From contig CAZHCL010000015.1 in assembly GCA_964530955.1 (NCBI GenBank), positions 1 through 19,074 of the forward strand: a DNA stretch of 19,074 nucleotides, read 5' to 3'. This document shows, in pieces, positions 1 through 8,122 of the stretch. The DNA is from Candidatus Woesearchaeota archaeon (GTDB lineage Archaea; Nanobdellota; Nanobdellia; Pacearchaeales; GW2011-AR1). Below the pieces are notes generated by a model that worked only from the letters and a program-made list of their open reading frames with translations, was not told where the DNA came from and ran no database searches. Position 1 is the first letter of the stretch, and each line of letters opens with the position of its first letter. The position numbers and the translations under genes are program-made.

Positions 1-959
1 TTGCATGAAAGAGCACTATTAATAGTACCCAATTGGCTCTGTTCAATATCAATACTCCTTAATTGAATTGTACTGTTTAAAGAGAGAGTATCATTGGCAA
101 ATATATCAAGACTCCCTTCAAGGTTAGAACTACATCCTTTCGAAGATAGAGCCTCGCTTTTCTGTCTATACAGAACAGCAAGACTAGCAGTCCTTTCCAT
201 CAATCTCTTAACCTGGCAGTTATACACTTCAGGATCAGCAAAAATAGCCCCGTAAAGCAAAGAGTTTCCATTTTCAGAAGAGTAGAAAACAGTTTGCCCA
301 TTCTTTTTCACACTCTGTGAATTAAGATTAACATCGACATTACATCCTGAGCTGCTGAAACAAACAGTTATACTATTTTTAATGCATTGTTTTATATCAG
401 AAGTAAAATTAATTGAATTAATTGATAATCCTGAGATTTCATCCTGAACATCGGTCGGCGCATTTATGAAACAATAATTATCCTGATTGCTCCAAAGAAA
501 TATCAAATCAGCAACCTTGTAAGGAAAATTAAAAGGTTTGACAAAAACAGTTGCCCCTTTTCCTTCGACAGTGCTTGCAGAGAATATGTATTTATTGTAA
601 AATGTGCTTGGAACTCCAGGAGTTGTCCATTGGCTTCCAACACCCGACTCGGTTGCAACACTTATCTTTTGAGAACCAAAACTTCCAGTAGAATCGCATG
701 AATTAAACACTCTTGTCGTAACAGGAAAAGTTATCAAAGTTGTTTTAGCGCTCTCAAGACTAGTCTCAACGGGAGAAAGAATTATTCCAAGTTGTTGCCC
801 TGCAAAAGTATCCTGAACTTTCCTGTCCTGATTTATAAGATTAGTCGCTGCATATATTGCAAGAAAAAGAATCACCGCGCCCACAATAAGAGCAAAGAGC
901 CAGCCAAAACTGAATTCAAATCCTTTTTTATTTTTTAATCTCATCTTTTTACCTTTCAT
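1..959 (-). CDS. Secreted pilin-like protein with class III (prepilin) signal peptide; 3'-truncated at the window edge
   Basis: Not in the ORF track because it runs off the window. Manual translation from ATG 959 (or 944) gives MKGKKMRLKNKKGFEFSFGWLFALIVGAVILFLAIY, a KKG|F cleavage motif followed by a hydrophobic helix. The last ~60 codons are open (AVLYRQKSEALSSKGCSSNLEGSLDIF...SALSCK). Confidence 0.8.
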   Translation of the reverse strand, partial: MKGKKMRLKNKKGFEFSFGWLFALIVGAVILFLAIYAATNLINQDRKVQDTFAGQQLGIILSPVETSLESAKTTLITFPVTTRVFNSCDSTGSFGSQKISVATESGVGSQWTTPGVPSTFYNKYIFSASTVEGKGATVFVKPFNFPYKVADLIFLWSNQDNYCFINAPTDVQDEISGLSINSINFTSDIKQCIKNSITVCFSSSGCNVDVNLNSQSVKKNGQTVFYSSENGNSLLYGAIFADPEVYNCQVKRLMERTASLAVLYRQKSEALSSKGCSSNLEGSLDIFANDTLSLNSTIQLRSIDIEQSQLGTINSALSC

Positions 960-974
960 TATTTATATTACCTA

Positions 975-1460
975 CTATTTGCCTAATTTAACAAGAGCAT
1001 CAAAGCTACCCTTTGAAACAGTAATTGATGCCTTTCCATTCTGGGTAGGAAAGCAGAAAAATCCATTAATATCTGTATGCTGAAGAACATTGTAAAAGCT
1101 TCCGCCGCACGAACTCCTAGGATAAAAGAAAAAATTATTTCTTAGAGGAGCATAATTATGTAATCCTGTTTGCACACTCTGATCAGCCTGACTTGATGCA
1201 CTAGCATTAAGATAACCTAAACAAACTTGTTGCACGCCAGAAGGAACATCCTCTGTAAAGACATAGGAAGATGCACCATCAGAAGCCCAAGCAGAATTAA
1301 TTTTAGTCTGTAAGTCCTGGACAAAAAGCTTGCACTGCACATTGCTGTCAGTATTTAGAAATTTAACTATGATATAACCAGCAACCGCAAGTGTTGCCAC
1401 AATAATTATTATCGAAAATATAACCCCAAAAGACAACTGAAGCTGCGCCCTTTTTTGCAT
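975..1460 (-). CDS. Type IV pilin-like protein (class III signal peptide)
   Basis: MQKRAQLQLSFGVIFSIIIIVATLAVAGY is a K/R-A|Q archaeal prepilin motif plus hydrophobic stretch, with several Cys in the globular part. Start placed at ATG 1460 (track: 1466) because TTTAATAA begins 29 nt upstream. Confidence 0.8.
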   Translation of the reverse strand: MQKRAQLQLSFGVIFSIIIIVATLAVAGYIIVKFLNTDSNVQCKLFVQDLQTKINSAWASDGASSYVFTEDVPSGVQQVCLGYLNASASSQADQSVQTGLHNYAPLRNNFFFYPRSSCGGSFYNVLQHTDINGFFCFPTQNGKASITVSKGSFDALVKLGK

Positions 1461-1471
1461 ATGCAAAAAAG
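1450..1471. repeat. Perfect 22-bp palindrome centred on the pilin-like gene start
   Basis: CTTTTTTGCATATGCAAAAAAG equals its own reverse complement. Confidence 0.9.
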
Positions 1472-1557
1472 AAATGTTTACTTATTAAAGCTTTTTATTC
1501 TCATTAATAACGTAATAAAGTAAACTTGTTCCATGAGAGTTTAAAAATAAACATTAC

Positions 1558-1655
1558 TAGTTAATAATAAGTTATTTCTTTTGATAATTCTCATATTATG
1601 CTTACCATTACATTATTAACTAAAAGTGAATATTTGTGCATTTTGTAATGGTAAG
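1558..1655. repeat. Two interleaved perfect inverted repeats (11 bp and 12 bp)
   Basis: TAGTTAATAAT (1558-1568) pairs with ATTATTAACTA (1612-1622). CTTACCATTACA (1601-1612) pairs with TGTAATGGTAAG (1644-1655). Confidence 0.85.
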
Positions 1656-1656
1656 A

Positions 1657-1929
1657 TTATTTGTCCAGTCCCTTCAATGTCCCAGAAACTCTCAGCACTT
1701 TTATTCCAGACTTAGAAAGCTCAAATGAAGCACGGACATCATTCAGAGAAGCGCGCTCAACCGCAAGAACTATCTTTCCACCAGAGCTTTTAACAAAGAA
1801 AGGAGCAGCTTTAGCCCATCCCAATATGCCAATATAATCAAGAATTGTTTTCTCAACAACTTCCCTACTCTCGACCTCAATAAGAAGATATCTCTTTTTC
1901 ATCCTCATAGACGACTTAAGCTTTAACAT
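1657..1929 (-). CDS. rnp2: Ribonuclease P protein component 2 (Rpp14/Pop5 family)
   Basis: N-terminal LK-S-R-KKRYL and C-terminal IKVLRVSGTLKGL motifs are typical of Pop5. 90 aa. TATA-like TTTAAATG starts 27 nt upstream. Confidence 0.85.
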   Translation of the reverse strand: MLKLKSSMRMKKRYLLIEVESREVVEKTILDYIGILGWAKAAPFFVKSSGGKIVLAVERASLNDVRASFELSKSGIKVLRVSGTLKGLDK

Positions 1930-1971
1930 GTTAAAGCTAGTGAACGTTCATTTAAATACCTTATTTCAAAA

Positions 1972-2889
1972 TTAATTATTGATAGACCTTGCCTTTTCAG
2001 ATTCAATATGTCTTATCATGGATTCTGGAGCTCCATTACGAAATGCCTCTTGGAATAGTCTTGCTTCTTCTAAATCGTTTCTTGGAAGAAGAGGGCTTTT
2101 CTCTTGAGAATTTCTTGAACGAGAATTCATATTATCAAAATACCCTTCCAAAATCATATCAAAAACTGTTTGAGCAATATCTCCTTCTGAGGCAACGTAA
2201 TCTACAAACCCTATTTCAAAAGCTTTTTCTGGCTTTAAGCTCAATCTTTTTTCTCCATCAGAAAGAATCTTTAATGTTTCTTCCGTACCAACATGACGTT
2301 GCAGCCTTGAGCAGCCACCCCAACCTGGCAATATTCCTAGTCTTTTCTCAGGCATTAAGAATTTAGCTTTAGGGCTAGATATTCTAAAATCACAGGCAGC
2401 GGCTAATTCACAACCTCCCCCGATACAAAAACCATCAATAGCTGCAATTTTTATCAATGGGGATTTTTCTATTCTTTGAATGGCAATTTGCCCAACTCTT
2501 GAAAACCCATATGCAGTCTCATTTGTCTGAGAAGCCATATATGGAACATCCGCTCCGACAGAAAATGCTCCTTCGCTAAGTAAAGAAGATTCATATGGAA
2601 ATAATATATTTAAAAAATTATTAAGTCTTCCGCGCAAGCCTCTTTGTAAGGGCTGTTGAGGAGGGTAAGAACCAGGATAAAAAACTACATAATTAACTCT
2701 ACCCCTAACACTATCTAACCTATCTGCTATCTGAGTTAGAGTGTCTGGAAAAATGGCATTATTATTAGATTTATTCCTTATATTAATAAACAAAATTTCT
2801 GGATACCGAATATTCGCTCCTTCCACTAGGATTGAAGGAGTTTTGCATGATATCTTATCGTATCTTTCATAGGTAACATCATTTTTCAT
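1972..2889 (-). CDS. Enoyl-CoA hydratase/isomerase (crotonase superfamily) protein
   Basis: Contains AFSVGAD (oxyanion hole), AAIDGFCIGGGCELAAACDFRI and MPEKRLGILPGWGG, so both catalytic Glu positions are present. Start placed at ATG 2889 (track: 2898) from TTTAAATA 29 nt upstream. Confidence 0.9.
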   Translation of the reverse strand: MKNDVTYERYDKISCKTPSILVEGANIRYPEILFINIRNKSNNNAIFPDTLTQIADRLDSVRGRVNYVVFYPGSYPPQQPLQRGLRGRLNNFLNILFPYESSLLSEGAFSVGADVPYMASQTNETAYGFSRVGQIAIQRIEKSPLIKIAAIDGFCIGGGCELAAACDFRISSPKAKFLMPEKRLGILPGWGGCSRLQRHVGTEETLKILSDGEKRLSLKPEKAFEIGFVDYVASEGDIAQTVFDMILEGYFDNMNSRSRNSQEKSPLLPRNDLEEARLFQEAFRNGAPESMIRHIESEKARSINN

Positions 2890-2968
2890 AATTATCATAT
2901 GCTCTGAGATTATTTAAATATTACTATTCATTAGTTACAACAAAAACGAGCTAAAAATTAGAAATAGA

Positions 2969-5161
2969 TTATTGGTTCTCGCTCAATCCTTTTCTTTGTC
3001 TAATCTTTCTGATAACTTCAGCCTGTAACTCAAGAGGCATTTTCTGGAATTCCTGATCCATAAGAGAAGAAATTCCTCTTCCTTCAGTTGAACTTCTTAA
3101 GTCATTGCTCCATCCAATCATGCTGCTTACAGGAATCTTTGCTTTTATGAATGTGTCATTTCCTTCCTGCTGTACGTCAATTAAAATTCCTCTCTTGCTT
3201 CCTATCAAAGCAGTAACTGTTCCCATGAAATCAACTGGAGTTTCAATCAAGTGAGTCTGAATTGGTTCAAGTATAGATGCTCCGCCTTTCTTCATGCAAT
3301 CATACATTCCAAGTCTTACCGCTGGATAAATCTGAGCAGGACCTCTATGCATATGGTCAACGTGAAGCTTTGCATCATGTAATATTAACTTTGACTTCAT
3401 AAGTGGCTCTTTTGCCATAGGCCCTCCATCAACGACCAATCTCCATCCGTCAATTATTGATTCAATTACTTCAGGAAGCAAAACCAGTCCTCTTGTCCTG
3501 TCCTCGAAAACATTTCCTTTGTAAATTTCCTGATATTGTCTTGCCTCTTCATTGGTTATTCCAAGCTGAGAAAGTTTCTTCCATATATCTTCTGCCTTTT
3601 TCTTTATTCTTGCTTCAGGAAGCTCTCCTCTTTCAATAGCGCCATAAACAGAATCTTCCAAAGGTTCCATTTCAAAGAAGAATATGTTGTGTCCATTTGG
3701 AGTTCTTACTTCAATCTCTCCACTATTCTTAGTTAAGCTTTCTCTGTAAACAACTATTGGTGCTCCAGTTTTAACTTCAAGTCCTTTTTCACTCTTTATT
3801 CTTCCTTCAATAATTTCAAGATGAAGTTCACCCATTCCAGAAATCAAGTTCTCTCCAGTCTCTTCATTAATTTCTATTTTGATGCTTGGATCTTCCTTTC
3901 CTACTTTTCTAAGTATTTCAATAAGCTTTGGTAAGTCAGAAGACTTTACAACTTCGATGCTTTTGGTAATAACTGGCTGGAATATGTGCTTTATCTCTTC
4001 AAATGGAGTCTGCTCATTCAAAGTGATTGTATCTCCAACATCACAGTTAAGACCTGCAATTGCAAGAACGTTTCCAGCAGGAACAGCATCAAGCTGTTCT
4101 GGCTTTATTCCATTGTAAACAAGAACCTGTTGTATTCTATATTTCTTCTTATTCATATTTGAATAAACTTCACTTCCATTAACCAAAGTTCCAGAATATA
4201 ATCTTCCGGCAGAAATTTCTTTTCCTGATCTAGGGTCGATGACAATTCTAGTAATTACAAAAGCAACCTCTCCATCCTTGTTGCATGAAAGCAAATCTTT
4301 TCCAAACTTGCTATCAATATCTCCTCTCCATATTTTAGGAATTCTGTAACTCTGAGCTTCAATAGGATTTGGAAGATGTTTTACAGCCATGTCAAGAACT
4401 ACTTCATGCAAAGGAGCCTTTTCCCATACCCATTTCTTTTTCTCTTCATCAGTCATTTCATTGTAAAGTCTGTAGATATCTTTGAAAGTGATATTTCTTT
4501 TCTTCATGAAAGGAACAGATAAAGCCCAGTTCTCCCTTGCAGAACCAAAAGCAACGCTTCCATCAAGAACATTAACCTGCCACTTCTCTTTGAACTCAGG
4601 TTCAGCAATTGCCATTATATGCCTGTTGAATTCCTGAATAAGCTTTGTAAATCTTTCCTGCATCTGCTCAGGCGTTAACTTCAATTCTTTTATCAATCTA
4701 TCAACTTTATTTATGAAAAGAACTGGTTTTACTCTTTCTCTAAGAGCCTGCTTAAGAACAGTTTCTGTCTGAGGCATTATTCCTTCAACAGCGCATACAA
4801 GAACGAAGGTTCCGTCAATTGCTCTCATTGCCCTTGTTACATTTCCTCCAAAGTCAACGTGACCAGGAGTGTCAATTAAATTAATTAAGTATTCTGTTCC
4901 AAGATATTCGTGAGCCATGGATACGTTTGCAGCGTCAACCGTCATTAATCTTTCCTGCTCGTCAGTGTGCTGCCAAGTTGTCATTCCCTCATCAAGATTT
5001 CCCGCATTTTTTGCAGCCATCATTCCCGCAGCTGCAAGAAGATTATCCGTAAAAGCAGTTTTTCCATGGTGAATGTGCGCACTTGTAGCTACGTTTCTTA
5101 TGTTCTTCTGTCCATTCGTGAGTCTTTCAATCTTCCTTAAGCTTGATTCTTTTTCTGCCAT
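2969..5161 (-). CDS. fusA: Archaeal translation elongation factor 2
   Basis: IRNVATSAHIHHGKT, DTPGHVDFGGNVTRAMRAIDG, NKVD, GMGELHLE and HRGPAQ; 730 aa from ATG 5161. The track's extension to 5260 crosses the promoter and is unlikely to be translated. Confidence 0.97.
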   Translation of the reverse strand: MAEKESSLRKIERLTNGQKNIRNVATSAHIHHGKTAFTDNLLAAAGMMAAKNAGNLDEGMTTWQHTDEQERLMTVDAANVSMAHEYLGTEYLINLIDTPGHVDFGGNVTRAMRAIDGTFVLVCAVEGIMPQTETVLKQALRERVKPVLFINKVDRLIKELKLTPEQMQERFTKLIQEFNRHIMAIAEPEFKEKWQVNVLDGSVAFGSARENWALSVPFMKKRNITFKDIYRLYNEMTDEEKKKWVWEKAPLHEVVLDMAVKHLPNPIEAQSYRIPKIWRGDIDSKFGKDLLSCNKDGEVAFVITRIVIDPRSGKEISAGRLYSGTLVNGSEVYSNMNKKKYRIQQVLVYNGIKPEQLDAVPAGNVLAIAGLNCDVGDTITLNEQTPFEEIKHIFQPVITKSIEVVKSSDLPKLIEILRKVGKEDPSIKIEINEETGENLISGMGELHLEIIEGRIKSEKGLEVKTGAPIVVYRESLTKNSGEIEVRTPNGHNIFFFEMEPLEDSVYGAIERGELPEARIKKKAEDIWKKLSQLGITNEEARQYQEIYKGNVFEDRTRGLVLLPEVIESIIDGWRLVVDGGPMAKEPLMKSKLILHDAKLHVDHMHRGPAQIYPAVRLGMYDCMKKGGASILEPIQTHLIETPVDFMGTVTALIGSKRGILIDVQQEGNDTFIKAKIPVSSMIGWSNDLRSSTEGRGISSLMDQEFQKMPLELQAEVIRKIRQRKGLSENQ

Positions 5162-5264
5162 TTTAGTCAATGAGAATATTTTGAGATAATAAAGTAGGTT
5201 TTTAAAGATTGCCCTTTGATAAGCTGAAGTCTGGAATAGCAGATAAAAATTTATTAACACGAAA

Positions 5265-5534
5265 TTATTTCTTTTCTTGAGGGATGCTATTTAGCATATC
5301 CTCTAATTTTTTTACATCTTCTTCTCTTCCGATAACATTACAAGTATAACCTGATTTAAGTTCACGACCGCCAAAAAACCAATTACTGAAAACTGCGACC
5401 TCAGCAGGTTCATGTAACGAATAGATATTTGTATGGTCTAATTGATGAAGAAGTTCTGCTCTGCCAGTTCTGACTAAATCTTCAACCAAAAAATACATTC
5501 TGTCTCCCTGTTCACTACTATATTCTTTATACAT
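5265..5534 (-). CDS. Hypothetical protein (89 aa)
   Basis: Open frame co-oriented with its neighbours. TTTAAATA lies 29 nt before ATG 5534 (track start 5546). No family recognised. Confidence 0.7.
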   Translation of the reverse strand: MYKEYSSEQGDRMYFLVEDLVRTGRAELLHQLDHTNIYSLHEPAEVAVFSNWFFGGRELKSGYTCNVIGREEDVKKLEDMLNSIPQEKK

Positions 5535-5597
5535 GGTCAAGTTCATTATCTAAACTATTTAAATGTATCTTTTTAGTAGTAACATTATAAAGAAAAT

Positions 5598-6350
5598 CTA
5601 CCCAAACACAATCTTCCTAACCTTCTTAGCAATCTCATCCGGATTCTTGTGCTGCCAGACATTCCTTCCTATTGCGAGACCGGCAGCTCCAGCTTTAACA
5701 GAATCCTTAGCCTCTTGAAGAACAGCATTCTCATCCGTCTTCTTCCCTCCAGAAAGCACAAGCAAACATTTTCCAGCAGACTTAACTGCCCATTTCAAAT
5801 CTTCCAAATTTCCATCATATTGTATCTTAACAATATCTGCCCCTATCTCAAGTGCAGTCCTTGCAGAATAAGCCATTAATTCTCCCTGAGGCTTACCTTC
5901 AACTGCCTTTCCTCTTGGATATATCCAGGAAATTACGGGAATCCCTTTTTTATGCGCTTCCTCCTGAATTGATTTAAATTCACTTAACATTTTAGATTCA
6001 TATTCACTTCCAACATAAATTGTATAACCAACGGCAACAGCACCAAGCGCAAGAGCTTCCTTCACACTACAAAGTTGCTCAGACATAGGCTCTCCTTTAT
6101 ACAAACTTGTCTTACCATTTAATTTGATAATCAGAGGCACTTTGCTTTTCTTTATCTCAGAAGAATATTTCTCAGCAATTCCTTTTTGAAAAATAAGTCC
6201 AGTAAATTTTCCCTTCTTGGCTATGTCAATTATAAATTTAGGATCCACATTTTCATCATTGAATTCTATAGGTCCATGCTCAAGTCCCTGGTCATAGGCA
6301 ATAAAAAAAGCTTTGCCCTTTTTTGTTATCTTTTTTAATGATGCTTCCAT
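5598..6350 (-). CDS. fba: Class I fructose-1,6-bisphosphate aldolase (archaeal/DhnA type)
   Basis: AYDQGLEHGP, KLNGKT, WIYPRG, GADIVK (Schiff-base Lys), LSGG and AIGRNVWQH. Confidence 0.92.
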   Translation of the reverse strand: MEASLKKITKKGKAFFIAYDQGLEHGPIEFNDENVDPKFIIDIAKKGKFTGLIFQKGIAEKYSSEIKKSKVPLIIKLNGKTSLYKGEPMSEQLCSVKEALALGAVAVGYTIYVGSEYESKMLSEFKSIQEEAHKKGIPVISWIYPRGKAVEGKPQGELMAYSARTALEIGADIVKIQYDGNLEDLKWAVKSAGKCLLVLSGGKKTDENAVLQEAKDSVKAGAAGLAIGRNVWQHKNPDEIAKKVRKIVFG

Positions 6351-6392
6351 AGAATTAGTTAATTTTTGATATATAAAAAACTACTGGCAGCC

Positions 6393-6614
6393 CTATTTGA
6401 TATTCATTTTTCTTTCCTTATCAATCATTATCAATCTAGACCTCGCTCTCTCAGGATTGAGCCTACAAATGTTAAGAACCTCAAGAACTTTTTGAAGCAG
6501 CTCATCATAGCTTTCTCTCTTGTAACTGCGGAGATTTTCTATTCTTCCCTTGGTGCTCTCTTTTAATTTTATCGTCGTTATTTTACCATTTTCAGAGTCT
6601 TTTCCAGCGTCCAT
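6393..6614 (-). CDS. Small putative ribbon-helix-helix (CopG/MetJ-like) DNA-binding protein
   Basis: ITTIKL strand followed by helices KESTKGRIENLR and ESYDELLQKVL. Start placed at ATG 6614 (CTTAAATA 29 nt upstream) instead of the track's TTG at 6626. Confidence 0.75.
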   Translation of the reverse strand: MDAGKDSENGKITTIKLKESTKGRIENLRSYKRESYDELLQKVLEVLNICRLNPERARSRLIMIDKERKMNIK

Positions 6615-6616
6615 GC

Positions 6617-6636
6617 AGGTATACAAAGGTATACCT
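6617..6636. promoter_or_regulatory. Candidate autoregulatory operator: tandem AGGTATAC boxes with 10-bp period
   Basis: AGGTATAC occurs at 6617-6624 and 6627-6634; AGGTATACCT (6627-6636) is a perfect palindrome. It lies between the TATA box (6636-6643) and ATG 6614. Confidence 0.55.
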
Positions 6637-6661
6637 ATTTAAGCTTTATGTCATTACATAA

Positions 6662-6697
6662 TAACTACGGAATAGTTGTCACCATAAAGTTTAAATA
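6662..6697 (+). promoter_or_regulatory. Promoter of the surface-protein gene with upstream TAACT-N7-AGTT dyad
   Basis: TAACT acggaat AGTTG at 6662-6678; TTTAAATA at 6690-6697 preceded by purine-rich ATAAAG. Confidence 0.55.
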
Positions 6698-6730
6698 GCC
6701 CCCGTGGGTACTACTATTAATTAAATTTTA

Positions 6731-7993
6731 ATGCAAACCATGGAATATAAAAATATATTGGTTTTACTTGTGGCAATATTTGCAGTGTCAATGACTATTG
6801 CAAGTGTTAGCGCAGATAATTTCGCCAGTATAACAAGCGTAGAAGTCAACGGCGTTGTCGTTGATCTCGGTTCTAGTGCATCAAATGTGAATGTCGGCAT
6901 TATTGCTGGACAGACTATACCTATAAAGGTAAACTTTGGAGCACAAGGAAACGCTTCGGACGTCAGATTGAAAGCATGGATCTCAGGTGCAAGCGGTTAC
7001 TCGTATTCCTCAGACAGGTTTGATGTTTATTCAGGAAGCAGCTACAGCAACACAGTTGCTCTGCAGGTTCCTTTGAACATTGATCCAACTGAAGGATTAC
7101 AGCTTCACGTATCTTTGGAAAGTCAAGATTCCGGATACACTGAACAAGTAATTAACTTAGCAGCACAGAGAGAATCTTATTTACTTGAGATTCTTGATGC
7201 GAATATGGACAGCACTGTCCAAGCCGGAGATAATGTGCCAGTTGATGTAGTTCTTAGGAACAGAGGAAGCCATAACTCGGACGACACTTTTGTGAAGGTA
7301 AGTATACCTGCACTTGGTGTTGAACAGAGAGCTTACTTCGGAGATATGTCTCCAGTCGACCAGCCACTTTCATCCAATGGACAAGATGTATTGAACACCC
7401 AAGATGCTTCTGAGAGAAGTATGGTATTGAGCATTCCTTTGAGTGCCAAGCCCGGTGTATACACAGTTCAAATTGACGCATATAATGGCGATTCTTCCAC
7501 AGAAGTAACAAGAAAAGTTGTTATTGCAGGACCTAGCAGCGATACTCTAGTTGTCTCCCCAATACAAAGCCAAACATTTGGCGTTGGAGATCAAGGCACC
7601 TATAGCATAACGCTAGTTAATTCTGGTGACAAAATAAAGGTTTACAACATTGCAGCAGTGAGCTCAAGTGATGCTCTAAGCGTAAGTGTTGATCAATCCC
7701 TTGTTGCAATTCCAGCCGGATCAAGCCAGACTATTAAGGTTACAGCATCTGCTACAAAAGCAGATATCTATACCTTTGCAGTCAATGTGCAATCTGCTGG
7801 CGATAATGTGGCAAAAGAAAGCTTTACCGCTAATGTCTCGGGAAGTTCTACAGGAAGTGCAATTACAGGAAATACAGCAGTTGTATTAACTGTTGTACTT
7901 GCTATAGTATTTGTCGTGCTTCTAGTTGTACTGATTGTCTTGCTTACAAGAAAGCCTGAAAAAAGCCAAGAATTTGGCGAAAGCTACTACTAA
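6731..7993 (+). CDS. Secreted, C-terminally membrane-anchored beta-rich surface protein (putative S-layer/CARDB-like)
   Basis: Sec signal peptide, Ser/Thr/Val/Gly-rich Ig-like segments, Ser/Gly/Thr linker, long hydrophobic helix and cytoplasmic tail RKPEKSQEFGESYY. Visibly more GC-rich than the flanks. Confidence 0.8.
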   Translation: MQTMEYKNILVLLVAIFAVSMTIASVSADNFASITSVEVNGVVVDLGSSASNVNVGIIAGQTIPIKVNFGAQGNASDVRLKAWISGASGYSYSSDRFDVYSGSSYSNTVALQVPLNIDPTEGLQLHVSLESQDSGYTEQVINLAAQRESYLLEILDANMDSTVQAGDNVPVDVVLRNRGSHNSDDTFVKVSIPALGVEQRAYFGDMSPVDQPLSSNGQDVLNTQDASERSMVLSIPLSAKPGVYTVQIDAYNGDSSTEVTRKVVIAGPSSDTLVVSPIQSQTFGVGDQGTYSITLVNSGDKIKVYNIAAVSSSDALSVSVDQSLVAIPAGSSQTIKVTASATKADIYTFAVNVQSAGDNVAKESFTANVSGSSTGSAITGNTAVVLTVVLAIVFVVLLVVLIVLLTRKPEKSQEFGESYY

Positions 7994-7998
7994 ACACT

Positions 7999-8058
7999 CT
8001 TTTTAATTTTTTATTTTTTTTATTAGAGTAGCCTTTTCTTTTTTTATTATTTTTTATT
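7999..8058 (+). terminator. Oligo-T terminator region after the surface-protein gene
   Basis: Several T5-T9 runs immediately after the stop at 7993, the usual archaeal intrinsic terminator signal. Confidence 0.6.
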
Positions 8059-8122
8059 AAAAAAGATATAATATCTTTTAGATTGACAGAATCTTTATAT
8101 ACAACAAAACTTCCTAAAATTA

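Noticed and set aside
1598-1648. 16-codon ORF MLTITLLTKSEYLCIL inside the repeat region
   Set aside because: Too short to support and not at the 29-nt spacing from the nearby TATA-like box.
5162-5260. 33-aa N-terminal extension of EF-2
   Set aside because: It starts at a non-ATG codon and spans the TTTAAAAA promoter at 5199-5206.
5598-6350. Aldolase as ADH synthase (archaeal aromatic pathway), pairing with the chorismate mutase
   Set aside because: AYDQGLEHGP and WIYPRG fit the archaeal FBP aldolase subfamily better; a phylogeny would settle it.
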